Notes: generated by a model not told the origin, from the letters alone. DNA of 64,000 nucleotides from an uncultured Spirochaetota bacterium (GCA_963781885.1 CAWAHW010000001.1:32001-96000), one strand, 5' to 3'; numbered from the stretch's first letter, positions 9,830 to 19,651 are shown. Translations and numbers: made by a program.

Positions 9830-11338
9830 TCATCGTGCCGGATTTTTGTATGGCCGGAGCGCCGCGGGCAATCCGGCCTTTATCGCCTCAAAACCTTGCA
9901 AGGTTTGCCTGCCGATGATGAGCACGGGAAGCTCTGACCGCGTTTCTCGCAGGCCGGCAAGCCGGTCATCCAGGGCATTCGCCACGCCCTCAAGACGAAT
10001 GTCGTGCGACGCCATACGGAGGCCCACGGCGAAAGGACGGGCAAGAGCAGGAAGGTCGTTGTCGATGAAGGACCGGGCGCCCTCATTCGTGGGATCGAGA
10101 TAGACATCTGCCGGAATCATGGGCGATGCCACCGTTGCCCCGGGTTGCGGCGCACCGCCGTCGTCATCGGCGAGAAAATCGTCCAGAAACCAGGAAAGCT
10201 TTTCGTCGAGGCGACCCTGACCGCGCAGAGCGACCGTCCACAGGGGAGCGCCGTTTTCGTCGAAGAAGATCAGGAGGGGCACCGAGCGGACCTGATACGC
10301 GGCGGAAATGCCGCTCGCGTCGTTCTCCAGGAGCGGGAGATGCACGGCGAGGCTCTTTTCAAATGGCGCAAGCGCGCTGAGCACCGCGGGGAGATTGCTC
10401 GGAACCTTAACGCCGATCACGGCGACCCTGCCCCCGCTTTTCTTTTCGAGAGCCGGGGCCAGCCTGTCGAGTGCCTTCAGCTCGTCGACGCAGTAGCCGC
10501 AGGTCGTCTGGAAGAATGCGAACACCGCGCGCTTCCCGTGCAGCTCCGAGTCGGGCCGGGAGAAGGAAAGAAAACGCGACACACCCGTGGACGTGTGGAA
10601 CACTTCTCCGCCGAAGACAGGAAGCGCCTCCACGGAAGGGGACGTGCGCCTGATGTCCTCTTTGATGTCCTTTTTGACGGCGGCAATCTCATCGCGGAAT
10701 TTCTTCCTGTCGGGCAGGAAAAGCCATCGCACGACCAAGCCCACGTCGCGCAGCGGATTCGGCCCTGACTCGTCGTAGTAGCGATACGCCTTGAACTCGA
10801 AAAGGCCCCGTCGGTCGTGTGATTTGCGAAATGCATCCTCGAGGCGCCCTGCATAGAGGGGGGATGGAAAATAATGCCATCCCGCGCGAAGGCCTTGTGC
10901 GATCTCCTTCCAGCCGGCAGATGGGATCGCACCCGGACCCGCAAGCCTCTTCAGCCCGAGGTAGAGACCGCGTGCCGACGAATCAAGGTCGTCCTGGTAG
11001 CCGCTCGCGGATTCCGCGTCGTTTCGGGCAATGCAGGCCTCTTGCAGGAGAGAAAAGATTCCCTGGATAGCCAATTGCGCGGCAAGAGCGGCCCTGCTTT
11101 CGAACGAGAGGTAGCTCACGATCGCGCCGTCCACGCTTCTGTCGTCGACGCCTTTGCGCAGCAAAGGAATATAGGCATCGATCAGGAGATTACATGCCTT
11201 GTCCTTGTTTTGTGGATCGGCTGTCAGGAAGGCCTGATAGGGCGGTTGAAGTCCTGGGGAAATGCCCGTTGTTGGCGCGCTTGCCCGCGCCTGAGCGCTC
11301 GTCAGCGAAAATGCCAGCGCGAAGAGCGCGACGGACAA
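9830..11338 (-). CDS. exported protein with TlpA/redoxin domain
   Basis: Hydrophobic N-terminus; FFQTTCGYC, YQVRSVPLLIFFD; start uncertain. Confidence 0.7.
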   Translation of the reverse strand: MSVALFALAFSLTSAQARASAPTTGISPGLQPPYQAFLTADPQNKDKACNLLIDAYIPLLRKGVDDRSVDGAIVSYLSFESRAALAAQLAIQGIFSLLQEACIARNDAESASGYQDDLDSSARGLYLGLKRLAGPGAIPSAGWKEIAQGLRAGWHYFPSPLYAGRLEDAFRKSHDRRGLFEFKAYRYYDESGPNPLRDVGLVVRWLFLPDRKKFRDEIAAVKKDIKEDIRRTSPSVEALPVFGGEVFHTSTGVSRFLSFSRPDSELHGKRAVFAFFQTTCGYCVDELKALDRLAPALEKKSGGRVAVIGVKVPSNLPAVLSALAPFEKSLAVHLPLLENDASGISAAYQVRSVPLLIFFDENGAPLWTVALRGQGRLDEKLSWFLDDFLADDDGGAPQPGATVASPMIPADVYLDPTNEGARSFIDNDLPALARPFAVGLRMASHDIRLEGVANALDDRLAGLRETRSELPVLIIGRQTLQGFEAIKAGLPAALRPYKNPAR

Positions 11339-11342
11339 AGAA

Positions 11343-11372
11343 AAGATCCGTCCGGGAAACCGGACGGATCTT
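11343..11372 (-). terminator. intrinsic terminator after small lipoprotein gene
   Basis: Perfect 13-bp stem AAGATCCGTCCGG/CCGGACGGATCTT, 4-nt loop, followed by TTCTTT on the minus strand. Confidence 0.8.
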
Positions 11373-11395
11373 CGGTTTGCAGGAATCTGTTTGTC

Positions 11396-11728
11396 CTACT
11401 TGTACGTGCCGCCCTCAGCGGCACAGTCCGACTGCATTGTGCTTGGGGTCACGGCAGAGCCCCAGTATTCGGTGACGTCGTAGGCTGTCGTACCGGCACC
11501 ATAAGAAAAGCTGCATGAATGGCCGGTGAATCCCTGGGATGCACACGTGCCAAGCGTATAGCCGCCGAGTGTCACAATACTCTCGATAGTGCTGTTGTTC
11601 GTCGAGACTTCCTGGCAGTACCCGTTCACCGTGCCGCCGTACGCGTAGTAGTAGGTTTTGCTGAAGGAACATCCGCCGACCAACAGGACCACGGCCAGGA
11701 CGACGAGCAGACCGATTAGGCGCTTCAT
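11396..11728 (-). CDS. small Cys-rich lipoprotein
   Basis: MKR + hydrophobic core + lipobox VGGC; four further Cys; SD GAGGAGG. Confidence 0.8.
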   Translation of the reverse strand: MKRLIGLLVVLAVVLLVGGCSFSKTYYYAYGGTVNGYCQEVSTNNSTIESIVTLGGYTLGTCASQGFTGHSCSFSYGAGTTAYDVTEYWGSAVTPSTMQSDCAAEGGTYK

Positions 11729-11795
11729 TCTCCCTCCTCGAAAAGGATCAATTAGACTTCGGATAACGGCAGCCTACCATCGCAAGACGCGGCGG

Positions 11796-12737
11796 TCAAG
11801 CGCGCAACCGAGCGGCCTCGCTTTCCCGTGCGCGCATGAACCGCTCCGCCTCGTCCCGCGACGGGATGCCCTGCTGCCCGCCGGGCCGCGTCGCCTTGCA
11901 TGCCGCCACCGCGGAGGCGAAGCGGACGCGCGGCGCGACGGACATTCCCCGCACGAGGCCCGCGGCGTAGACGCCGTGAAAGACATCGCCGCAGCCGTTG
12001 GTATCGACCTCGGTGACGGCAAAGGACGGCTGGTGGTAGACCGTCCCCGGCTCCTCGGCGCTCACGTACCAGGACCCCTCGCCGCTCTTCGTGACGACGA
12101 CCGCCGCACGGTCATTCCGCCAGAGCGCCCGCGCGATGCCGGGCCCGTCGGCGATCCCCGTGATCCGGCGGGCGAAATCGAAGGGTAGGATGAGGTGATC
12201 GGAGAGCGACAAGAGATCGGCAAAAAGAGGCCCCGGATCGCGCTCGAGATCGGCCACGACGGGCACGCCGGCCGCGCGCGCGATGCGTGCCGCGCGCACC
12301 ATCCCCTCCAGTCCCACGTGATCGACCAGCAAGACGCGCGCGGCGGCGATGACTGTCGAAGCCGGCAGCCGGGGGTCCGCACCCACGACATGGTCCGCTT
12401 CAAAGAGAATGGTGCGAGTCGTTGCGCGCGTGTCCACGAGTATCGTCGAATGGAAAGGACGCGTGCCCTCGGCGTGCACGAGGTGCTCGACGGACACCCC
12501 TTCAGTGGCGAAGTTCGAGATGATCAGGCGCGACAGCTCGTCAGTACCGAGGCTGCCCGCGTACGCGCACGTGCAGCCCATGCGGCGCGCGGCCACCAGG
12601 GCGGTTCCCGCGATGCCCCCCGCGTGTCTTTCGCGCCTCTGGACCGGCATCTTGGTGTCCGGATCTGGATACTCATCGAGGTAGAGGATGTCGTCCACCG
12701 CCACGGCGCCAAGACCGAGCACATCGAGGGAGGCCAT
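11796..12737 (-). CDS. PfkB/ribokinase-family carbohydrate kinase
   Basis: GGIAGTALVAARRMG; VDTNGCGDVFHG signature. Confidence 0.92.
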   Translation of the reverse strand: MASLDVLGLGAVAVDDILYLDEYPDPDTKMPVQRRERHAGGIAGTALVAARRMGCTCAYAGSLGTDELSRLIISNFATEGVSVEHLVHAEGTRPFHSTILVDTRATTRTILFEADHVVGADPRLPASTVIAAARVLLVDHVGLEGMVRAARIARAAGVPVVADLERDPGPLFADLLSLSDHLILPFDFARRITGIADGPGIARALWRNDRAAVVVTKSGEGSWYVSAEEPGTVYHQPSFAVTEVDTNGCGDVFHGVYAAGLVRGMSVAPRVRFASAVAACKATRPGGQQGIPSRDEAERFMRARESEAARLRA

Positions 12738-12792
12738 GGCCCGGTAGTGTGGGAGGAATGCACCGCGGGGTCAAGGACGGGGCGTGGTGCCG

Positions 12793-14106
12793 TTACTTGC
12801 GCGAGAGGGCGGATCCGGCAAGCGCGCCATCCTGATCGAGCGGCGCGGGGCTCAACTTGTAGGGGAAGCGGCTGGTGAGCAGGGAATCGATCGCCAGGTA
12901 CGAGGCACCGAGGAGACCGGCGTCTTCGCCAAGGGCCGACACGGCGATCGTGGGCGCCTTGTACGGCACGATGCGCTCCACGTTCTTTCGCAGCGGCTCG
13001 ATGAAGAGCTCCTGCAGGCCGGGCAATCGGCAGAGGTCCCCGCCGAGCACGAGGATCTGGGGATTCAAGATCAGGATAAGGTTGATGATGGCAATCGACA
13101 GGGACTCGACGGTTTGGTCGATGATCTGCCGCGCGGTCGCGTCATTCCGGAGCGCCGCGTCGCAGACGTGGGCAGCCGTGATCTGCTCGATGTCCCCGCC
13201 GGCCAGCTCGACAATGAGCGTCGCACCATCCCGGCGCGCAGCCTCGATTGCTTTGTGCCGGATCCCTTCGATGGAGGCGAGGCTTTCGAGGTATCCTTTG
13301 TTCCGCGCCTGGTAGCTCAGCCCTTCGGCGCCCAGCAGGGTGAAGCCCAGCTCGCCGGAGGCTCCATTCCCGCCGCGGTAAACGTGGCCGTCGACGATGA
13401 TGCCGGCACCGATGCCATTGCTCACTTCCACGAAGACGACGTCGCTGTAGTTCTGCGCCACGCCGAAGTTCACCTCGGCGAGCGCCGACAGCTTCACGAT
13501 ATTCTCCACATAGACGGGGACGTGGTAGCGCTTCTCCAGCGTCTCCGAGAGGTTGACGCCTTCCAGGCTGTCGTACAGCGGTGTCGAGATGCGCGGATAG
13601 AGCGCGCTGCTGGTCGCGGCGGGAATGCCCACGCACACCGCCTTGAGTCTGCCCGCCTTCCGTCGCGGGCGCGCGCTCCCGTCATCGTGGAGGCTGAGGA
13701 TACGGTCGATCTCTGCAATGAGCTCCGGCTCTACTTTCGTGAGCTCGGAGAACTTGAAACCGCTGTACTTGTTGATGATACGTCCCCGGAAATCGGAGAT
13801 CGCGATCTTCGTGCGCTCCTTGATCAGGTCGATGCCGATGACAATTCCCTTCTGGGTATTCACGGCAAGCTGGGAGGCCTTCTTTCCCCTGCCGGTGGTG
13901 ATCTTGTCCGTCTCCACGACGAATCCGTCGCTGATGAGGTGCTCGATCACCCGAGAGACGGCGGGGGCGCTGATGCCGAGGTCCTTGGCGATCTTTGCGC
14001 GATAGACGAGGTCATTGGCGCAGAGGTAGTGGAAAATGATCGATTGATTTATCTCATTCTGAATATTCGCGTTGATGGTCGTGGATACCCGCAGACCCTT
14101 CATCAT
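12793..14106 (-). CDS. ROK-family transcriptional repressor
   Basis: N-terminal HTH (RAKIAKDLGISAPAVSRVI); VENIVKLSALAE, GIGAGII, GASGELG, GYLESLAS. Confidence 0.93.
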   Translation of the reverse strand: MMKGLRVSTTINANIQNEINQSIIFHYLCANDLVYRAKIAKDLGISAPAVSRVIEHLISDGFVVETDKITTGRGKKASQLAVNTQKGIVIGIDLIKERTKIAISDFRGRIINKYSGFKFSELTKVEPELIAEIDRILSLHDDGSARPRRKAGRLKAVCVGIPAATSSALYPRISTPLYDSLEGVNLSETLEKRYHVPVYVENIVKLSALAEVNFGVAQNYSDVVFVEVSNGIGAGIIVDGHVYRGGNGASGELGFTLLGAEGLSYQARNKGYLESLASIEGIRHKAIEAARRDGATLIVELAGGDIEQITAAHVCDAALRNDATARQIIDQTVESLSIAIINLILILNPQILVLGGDLCRLPGLQELFIEPLRKNVERIVPYKAPTIAVSALGEDAGLLGASYLAIDSLLTSRFPYKLSPAPLDQDGALAGSALSRK

Positions 14107-14118
14107 ACTTCTTACCTT

Positions 14119-14147
14119 ATGGTAACGTAATGTAACTTGAGAATCAA
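14119..14147 (-). promoter_or_regulatory. promoter of ROK gene with degenerate operator copy in spacer
   Basis: Minus strand TTGATT-N17-TACCAT; TAACGTAATGTAACT (14123-14137) matches 12/15 of the motif at 20596-20610 and 25683-25697. Confidence 0.55.
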
Positions 14148-14170
14148 GTGCGGCCGCGCCCCGCGGCGGC

Positions 14171-14929
14171 CTATTGCGTCATGATGTCGCCCGCCGTTGC
14201 CAGGAGATGCTCGCCGGTGACGTGGTCCGACAGATGGCTGGCGAAAAACAGCGCGACGCGCGCAATATCCTCAGGCTGCGCGATCCTTTTCAGCGCAGTC
14301 GCCTCGGCGTATTCGTGCTCCTTCTCTGCGGTGGTGAGGAAGGTGCCCTTGAGCATGGGCGTGAGGATCGCACCAGGACAGATGGCATTACAATAGATGC
14401 CGTACCTGCCCATGTCCTTGGCGATGACGCGCGTGAGCCCGATGAGGGCCGCTTTCGAGGAGCCATAGGCGGTTTCATCGGGAAAGGCCGCGACACCCGA
14501 ATCGGAGGCGATATTGACGATCTTGCATCCCCCCTTGGCGACCATGCAGCGGCACACCTCCTGCATGAGGAAGAAGGGGCCCTTCACGTTCACATCGTGG
14601 TGCAGGTCCCAGATCTCCTCCGTCATCTCGAAAAGCGGCGTCGGCCTGCACACACCGGCACAGTTCACAAGGATATCGATGCGGCCGAGCTCTGCATCTA
14701 CCGATCGCACGAGGGTCGCGATCTCCGTGCAATTCCTGACATCGAGCCTGCGAAACAGGGTCTTTCGTCCCGTGCTCTGCGCGATCGCCGCGGCCGCCGC
14801 CCCGCCGGCGGAGGCCTTCATGTCGCAGAGGACCACCACCGCACCCTCGCGCGAGAAAAGATCGGCGATGCCCTCTCCCAAGCCCTGGGCGGCGCCTGTC
14901 ACGAGCGCGATCTTGTTTTCAAGCAACAT
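14171..14929 (-). CDS. SDR-family NAD(P)-dependent oxidoreductase
   Basis: VTGAAQGLG, LVNCAG, YGSSK, NAICPG; SD GGAGG before ATG 14929. Confidence 0.93.
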   Translation of the reverse strand: MLLENKIALVTGAAQGLGEGIADLFSREGAVVVLCDMKASAGGAAAAAIAQSTGRKTLFRRLDVRNCTEIATLVRSVDAELGRIDILVNCAGVCRPTPLFEMTEEIWDLHHDVNVKGPFFLMQEVCRCMVAKGGCKIVNIASDSGVAAFPDETAYGSSKAALIGLTRVIAKDMGRYGIYCNAICPGAILTPMLKGTFLTTAEKEHEYAEATALKRIAQPEDIARVALFFASHLSDHVTGEHLLATAGDIMTQ

Positions 14930-14955
14930 CCAGGTCTCCTCCACGCGGCAGGCGC

Positions 14956-15990
14956 TTAATCGGCCGCGTACGCGAGCTGCTTTCCTTCCGTGCTGGATCT
15001 GCGGATGAGGTCGAGTATCTTCACCGTCTTCGCGGCCTCATACATGGTGGCGTAGGGCCGGGGCTCGCCGCGCAGAAACGCGACGAGGTCGTGATAAAAG
15101 CCGCCCTCAAGACCGGACTCCGCCACGCCGGCCATGCGGATCTTCTGGGTCTCTTTCCTGCCGTCGAGACTTACGAAGCAGACCTCCGCTTCATCCCACA
15201 CCGGGTCGCTCTTTCCCTTGACCTCCAGCGTGCCCCGGGAGCCGATGATGTACCATCGTGGGGCGCTGATGCGCGCGTTGTTGCCGACCTCCATCTGGCA
15301 GATGGTCTGGCCGCCAAAACGCAGGTCCGCGAAGAAGTAGTCGTCCACTTCCTTGCTCCAGACGCCGCTCTGCAGGATGCCATACACGGAAACAGGATCA
15401 CGGCCCATGAGGACAAGGAGCTGGTCCACGAGGTGCGGTCCCCAGTCCAGGAGGATGCCGCCGCCGTATTTCGCCTTGATGCGCCAGGGGTTTGCCATGC
15501 CTTCGATGCCCCAGGCGGGCCACCCCTCGTCGCACAGCATGACCTTCGATTGGATCAGGAGAATGTCGCCGAGCTTCCCCGACGCGATGAGGTCCTGGAC
15601 CAGCAGGAAATCCCTGTCCCAGCGGCTGGAATGGTGCACGAGCAGCTTCCCGCCGTTCTTCTCCGCTGCCGCGATCATCCGCCGGGTGCTCTCGTAGCTC
15701 ATGCTCATCGGCTTTTCGACGATGACATTCTTCTTCTTTTCAAGAGCCTTGATGGTAAGCGATTCATGCATTTCGTTCGTCGTCGTGATGACGACCCACT
15801 CCACGCCATCGGCATCGAGCAGCTTGTCCACGTCCGTGAAAGAGGCGGCGTGGTACTTCTCTTTCATCTCCGCGAGGCGTGCCTCATTCTTGTCGCAGAC
15901 GGCAACGAGGGCGAGCTCCTTGTTCTTCGCGATCCAGCCGGCGTGAAAGCCGCCCATTTTCCCGATGCCGACGATCCCCATACCCACCAT
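14956..15990 (-). CDS. Gfo/Idh/MocA-family oxidoreductase
   Basis: GIVGIGKMG, VIVEKPM, GGGILLDWGPHLVD. Confidence 0.92.
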   Translation of the reverse strand: MVGMGIVGIGKMGGFHAGWIAKNKELALVAVCDKNEARLAEMKEKYHAASFTDVDKLLDADGVEWVVITTTNEMHESLTIKALEKKKNVIVEKPMSMSYESTRRMIAAAEKNGGKLLVHHSSRWDRDFLLVQDLIASGKLGDILLIQSKVMLCDEGWPAWGIEGMANPWRIKAKYGGGILLDWGPHLVDQLLVLMGRDPVSVYGILQSGVWSKEVDDYFFADLRFGGQTICQMEVGNNARISAPRWYIIGSRGTLEVKGKSDPVWDEAEVCFVSLDGRKETQKIRMAGVAESGLEGGFYHDLVAFLRGEPRPYATMYEAAKTVKILDLIRRSSTEGKQLAYAAD

Positions 15991-16024
15991 GCGGCAAGCC
16001 TCCTTTGATGGAACGACGGCCCAC

Positions 16025-16276
16025 CTACACGGTGTCGCCTTCATCCCCGATCAGCGCGATCACGGTATTCACCGGTACCTCGTCGCCGGGCTGCGCGAGC
16101 AGCTTCTTCACGTACCCGGCCGCGAATGATTCCACTGTCTGGGTTGTCTTGTCGGTTTCCACTTCCACCAACGGCTCACCGACCGCCACCGGGTCCCCGA
16201 CCTTTTTCAGCCATTGCACGATGGTGCCCGTTTCCATGGTGAGGCCGATCTTCGCGAGCTTTACTTCCACGATCAT
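16025..16276 (-). CDS. free-standing lipoyl-carrier protein (83 aa)
   Basis: MIVEVKLAKIGLTMETGTIVQWLKKVGD...EVETDKT; ends in TAG right after the domain, with the next gene 35 nt downstream. Confidence 0.9.
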   Translation of the reverse strand: MIVEVKLAKIGLTMETGTIVQWLKKVGDPVAVGEPLVEVETDKTTQTVESFAAGYVKKLLAQPGDEVPVNTVIALIGDEGDTV

Positions 16277-16293
16277 GACGGGGTCCTCCGCAT

Positions 16294-17274
16294 TCAGCCC
16301 TGCTCCACAGTGGCGCGCAGGCTCTTTTCGATGTCCGCTTCGCTGGGCAGGACCTCGTTTTCCAGCACCGCGAGGGTTCCCAGCGGTGCCCATTTCGCCC
16401 CGACGCGCGCCACAGGTGCCTTCAGGTCCCGGAAGCCCTCCTCCGCGATGACCGCGGCGACCTCCCCGCCGAAGCCGCCGCTCTTGGGCGCTTCATGGAG
16501 GATCACGACCCTGCCGGTCTTCTTCACCGATTCCAGTACGGTGGCCTTGTCCAGCGGGACGAGTGAACGCAGGTCCACGACCTCGACGGAGACGCCGTCC
16601 TTCTCCAGCGCGCGCGCAACCTTCAGGGCCCGGTGGAGCATGTACGAGTAGGTGATCAACGTGACGTCGCTGCCGCCCTTCTTCACTTCGGCCTTGCCCA
16701 ACGGGATGCTGTACTCCTCCGCAGGGACATCGCCTTTCATCGCGTAGAGCGCCTTGTGGGTGAAAAAAACGACGGGGTTCTGATCCGCGAGTGCGGCCTT
16801 CATCATGCCCTTGGCGTCGGAGGGGGTGGCGGGGGCGACAACCTTCAGCCCGGGGGTGTTGCCGAACCAGACCTCGAGGCTCTGGGAATGCTGCGGCCCC
16901 GCCTGGATGAAGCCGCCGAGCGCCGTCATGATCACGATGGGGACTTTTGCCTGTCCGCCGAACATGTAGGAGAACTTGGCCGCCTGGTTCACCACCTGGT
17001 CCATGCACATCGCCATGAAGTCGGAGAAGGGAATGTCCGCGATGGCGCGGCATCCCGTGATGGCGGCACCGATGGCGCACCCGATGATCGCCTGCTCGGA
17101 GATGGGCGCATCCCGCACCCTGTCCGCGCCGAACATGCGGAACATGTCATGGCTGAGCTGAAACTCCCCGCCGTACTTGCCGACGTCGTAGCCGATGAGA
17201 AAGAGCTTGTCGTCCTTCGTCATCTCCTCGATCATCGCCTGGTTTATTGCGTCCCGATACATCATCGTTGCCAT
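16294..17274 (-). CDS. ThDP-dependent dehydrogenase E1 beta subunit (PdhB/AcoB-like)
   Basis: DAPISEQAIIG.AIGAA, DQVVNQAAK, QHSQSLE, VDLRSLVPLD, SVKKTGR. Confidence 0.93.
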   Translation of the reverse strand: MATMMYRDAINQAMIEEMTKDDKLFLIGYDVGKYGGEFQLSHDMFRMFGADRVRDAPISEQAIIGCAIGAAITGCRAIADIPFSDFMAMCMDQVVNQAAKFSYMFGGQAKVPIVIMTALGGFIQAGPQHSQSLEVWFGNTPGLKVVAPATPSDAKGMMKAALADQNPVVFFTHKALYAMKGDVPAEEYSIPLGKAEVKKGGSDVTLITYSYMLHRALKVARALEKDGVSVEVVDLRSLVPLDKATVLESVKKTGRVVILHEAPKSGGFGGEVAAVIAEEGFRDLKAPVARVGAKWAPLGTLAVLENEVLPSEADIEKSLRATVEQG

Positions 17275-17283
17275 TCGCTTCTC

Positions 17284-18258
17284 CTACTCGGCGTAGACGT
17301 ACTGCAGCGCATCCTCGGGTCCCACCCGGGGGCTTCCGCGCGCGAACTCAACCGCGTCGTCCACGCACGTCTGGGTCTTCTCCCGCAGCTTCCTGACGTC
17401 CTCCTCCCGCAGGATCGACGCATCGATCATGCGCTTCTCGAAATTGGCCAGGGCATCCCGGCGCTGCTGCTCCTCGATCTCTTCCTTTGACCGCACGTCC
17501 TTGTCGCCCTCCCAGTGGGGATGCTGCCGGGTCGTCATGCAGTTGAGGAGCGTCGGGCCCTTGCCGCTGCGCGCCCGTTCCACGGCCGTCTTCGCCGCTT
17601 CATAGACCTCGGTCACGTCGTTGCCGTCGAGGTCGAAGCCGGGGATGCCGTAGCCAACGGCGCGGTCGCCAAGGTGCGTGAGCGCCTTGCACACGTCGGC
17701 CGTGTTCACGCCGCAGGCGACCATGTTGTTCTCACAGACGAATACGACGGGAAGGTCCCACGAGGCTGCCATGTTGATGGCTTCGTGGAATGTGCCCTGG
17801 TTGGAGGCGCCGTCGCCGAAGAAGGAAGCGACCACCTGGCGGGTCTTCCGCAGCCGGATGGAATATGCGGCGCCGACCGCGATGGGATTTCCGTCGCCCA
17901 CGATGCCATTTGCCCCCAGCACGCCGATGCTGAAATCGGCCACGTGCAGCGATCCGCTGCGGCCCTTGCAGGAGCCGGTCTTCCGGCCGAAAAGCTCGGC
18001 CATCATCTCCTTCAGGTCGCCGCCTTTGGCGATCATGTGGCCGTGACCGCGATGGGTGCTCGTGACGTAGTCGTCCTTGTTCAGGTTCAGGCACACGCCG
18101 GTGGGCACGGCTTCCTGCCCGATGGACAGGTGCGTGAAGCCTTCCTGCTCCCCTGCCCGGAAAACCTTCGACTGCGTCGATTCAAAAAGCCTTATGCGGA
18201 GCATCCCCTCGTACATCTTCAGGACGAGGTCCCGGTCGTACTCTTTCAGCGATCTCAC
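17284..18258 (-). CDS. ThDP-dependent dehydrogenase E1 alpha subunit (PdhA/AcoA-like)
   Basis: HLSIGQEA, STHRGHGH, GDGASNQG...VCENN ThDP motif, GPTLL. Confidence 0.93.
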   Translation of the reverse strand: MRSLKEYDRDLVLKMYEGMLRIRLFESTQSKVFRAGEQEGFTHLSIGQEAVPTGVCLNLNKDDYVTSTHRGHGHMIAKGGDLKEMMAELFGRKTGSCKGRSGSLHVADFSIGVLGANGIVGDGNPIAVGAAYSIRLRKTRQVVASFFGDGASNQGTFHEAINMAASWDLPVVFVCENNMVACGVNTADVCKALTHLGDRAVGYGIPGFDLDGNDVTEVYEAAKTAVERARSGKGPTLLNCMTTRQHPHWEGDKDVRSKEEIEEQQRRDALANFEKRMIDASILREEDVRKLREKTQTCVDDAVEFARGSPRVGPEDALQYVYAE

Positions 18259-18283
18259 GAAATCCCCCTTCTGCGATGCCCTT

Positions 18284-19193
18284 TCAGGGCATTGCCTTCC
18301 GCCAGTACTCGACGGACGCCCTCAGGTCGTCCAGAACCTGGTCTTCGCGCGCTTCGAATGCCGAGATGATTTCAAGCTCAAGGTATGCCTGCTGGATGCC
18401 CGCCGCGGCGATGGCATCGAGGACCTTCTTCGGCTGGATGATGCCGATCTTGTTGAACTCCGCGGTGAACGGCCAGTGCCGGTCGCCTTTGCCGTCCGTC
18501 TGCTGGAGATGGATGATGGGGCAGCGCGCGCCGATCCTTCTGATCCACGCGTAGGGATCCAGGTCTTCGCCACTTGCCTCGAAATTGCAGGCGTGACCGA
18601 CGTCGACGAGGTACCGGATGGGAAGCGGCGCCCCGTCGTTTACGAAATCGTACATCCTCTCGGCGTCCGCGATCGTCGCGGGCCACTCCCGGCGTACGGG
18701 GTTTGCCTCCCAGATGAGGTAGGAGAGCCCGCTTCTGCTTCCCGATCTGCCCGATGGCATGCAGGGAATCGCGCAGACAGGAGAGGATATAGTCTCGCCG
18801 TTGCGCGTTGCCGTAGTCCTTCATGGAAAGCGCGCCAAGGGGCCCGCCCACACCGTCCGCGCCCAGGTCGCCGGCCATGACCGCGGCATTCTGGAACCAG
18901 TCCTGTGCGCTGGCGCGCATGCCCTGGTCAGGGCCCAGCAACAGGCTCATGTGATAACCGACGCCGCCGGTGAGGAGACTCTGAATGCGCACGCCCTGCT
19001 GGGCCGCGGCCTCCTTGATCCTCTGCGTCTGGATGCCGCGGACAGGCTCGATGGTGTGGGGGTCGAGCAGGTCGAGATCGAATTGCGCCACGGTGAGCCC
19101 CAGATCATGCCGGACGATCCGCAGCCATTCTTCAGGCTCGGGCCAGCGCTTCACGGCAAAATAATTGTTGATGCCCAGGACGAGCTTCGCCAT
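18284..19193 (-). CDS. xylose-isomerase-like TIM-barrel sugar(-phosphate) epimerase, EryC-like; one frameshift near 18731
   Basis: LGINNYFAVKRWPEP..W; frame switches at QIGKQK/GLSYLIWE; DVGH, IHLQQTDG..DRHWPF, LELE. Confidence 0.8.
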
Positions 19194-19240
19194 TTCAGGC
19201 CTCCTTTATGAGTGCGTCCCGCTCCGCGCGATACGGCCCG

Positions 19241-19579
19241 TCATGCGTACGGAGGGCTCAGGATGGCGAGGAACTCCAGGTCCACCGTGCCCGTGTTCAT
19301 CACGGAGTGGTATTCGTTGGAGTCGGCGCAGACGATCGTCCCCGGGGCGACGTCGAACGTCTGGCCGCCGACCTTGGCCTTGCCCGCGCCTTTCAGGAAG
19401 TAGTAGACCTCGATGGATTCATGCCGGTCGTCGGCAATCTCGCCCGTCGGGGCCATGCGGCAGTGATGGAAACTGATCTTGTCGGTGTCCTTGCTCGTCA
19501 GGATATCCCGGACGAAAAGGAGCTTGAAGGCTTCCGCCTTACTCTCTGCCACATCCTTCAGGAAAATCCGCTTGTTCAT
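19241..19579 (-). CDS. cupin-domain protein
   Basis: HESIEVYYFLKGAG...PG.....SNEYHSVMNTG. Confidence 0.85.
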   Translation of the reverse strand: MNKRIFLKDVAESKAEAFKLLFVRDILTSKDTDKISFHHCRMAPTGEIADDRHESIEVYYFLKGAGKAKVGGQTFDVAPGTIVCADSNEYHSVMNTGTVDLEFLAILSPPYA

Positions 19580-19651
19580 GCGCCTCTCCTTTGCGTAGCG
19601 GCGGAGGCCGGCCTCCGCGCCCGGAACAGATCATATCCGGTCATGCGCGGC

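Noticed and set aside
11396-11398. Pyrrolysine recoding of the in-frame TAG
   Set aside because: No pyl genes seen, TAG is used as an ordinary stop throughout the window, and the hairpin is a typical terminator
16025-18258. Calling the E1 genes pdhAB/acoAB of a standard complex
   Set aside because: No E2 core or E3, and the context is sugar catabolism; substrate not assignable
18284-19193. Assigning the locus to erythritol catabolism because of the EryC-like gene
   Set aside because: No FGGY-type EryA kinase or EryB-type flavin dehydrogenase present
19601-19618. Perfect 18-bp palindrome GCGGAGGCCGGCCTCCGC between nagB-like and cupin genes
   Set aside because: Single GC-rich copy, no U tract, no recurrence; at most an mRNA hairpin
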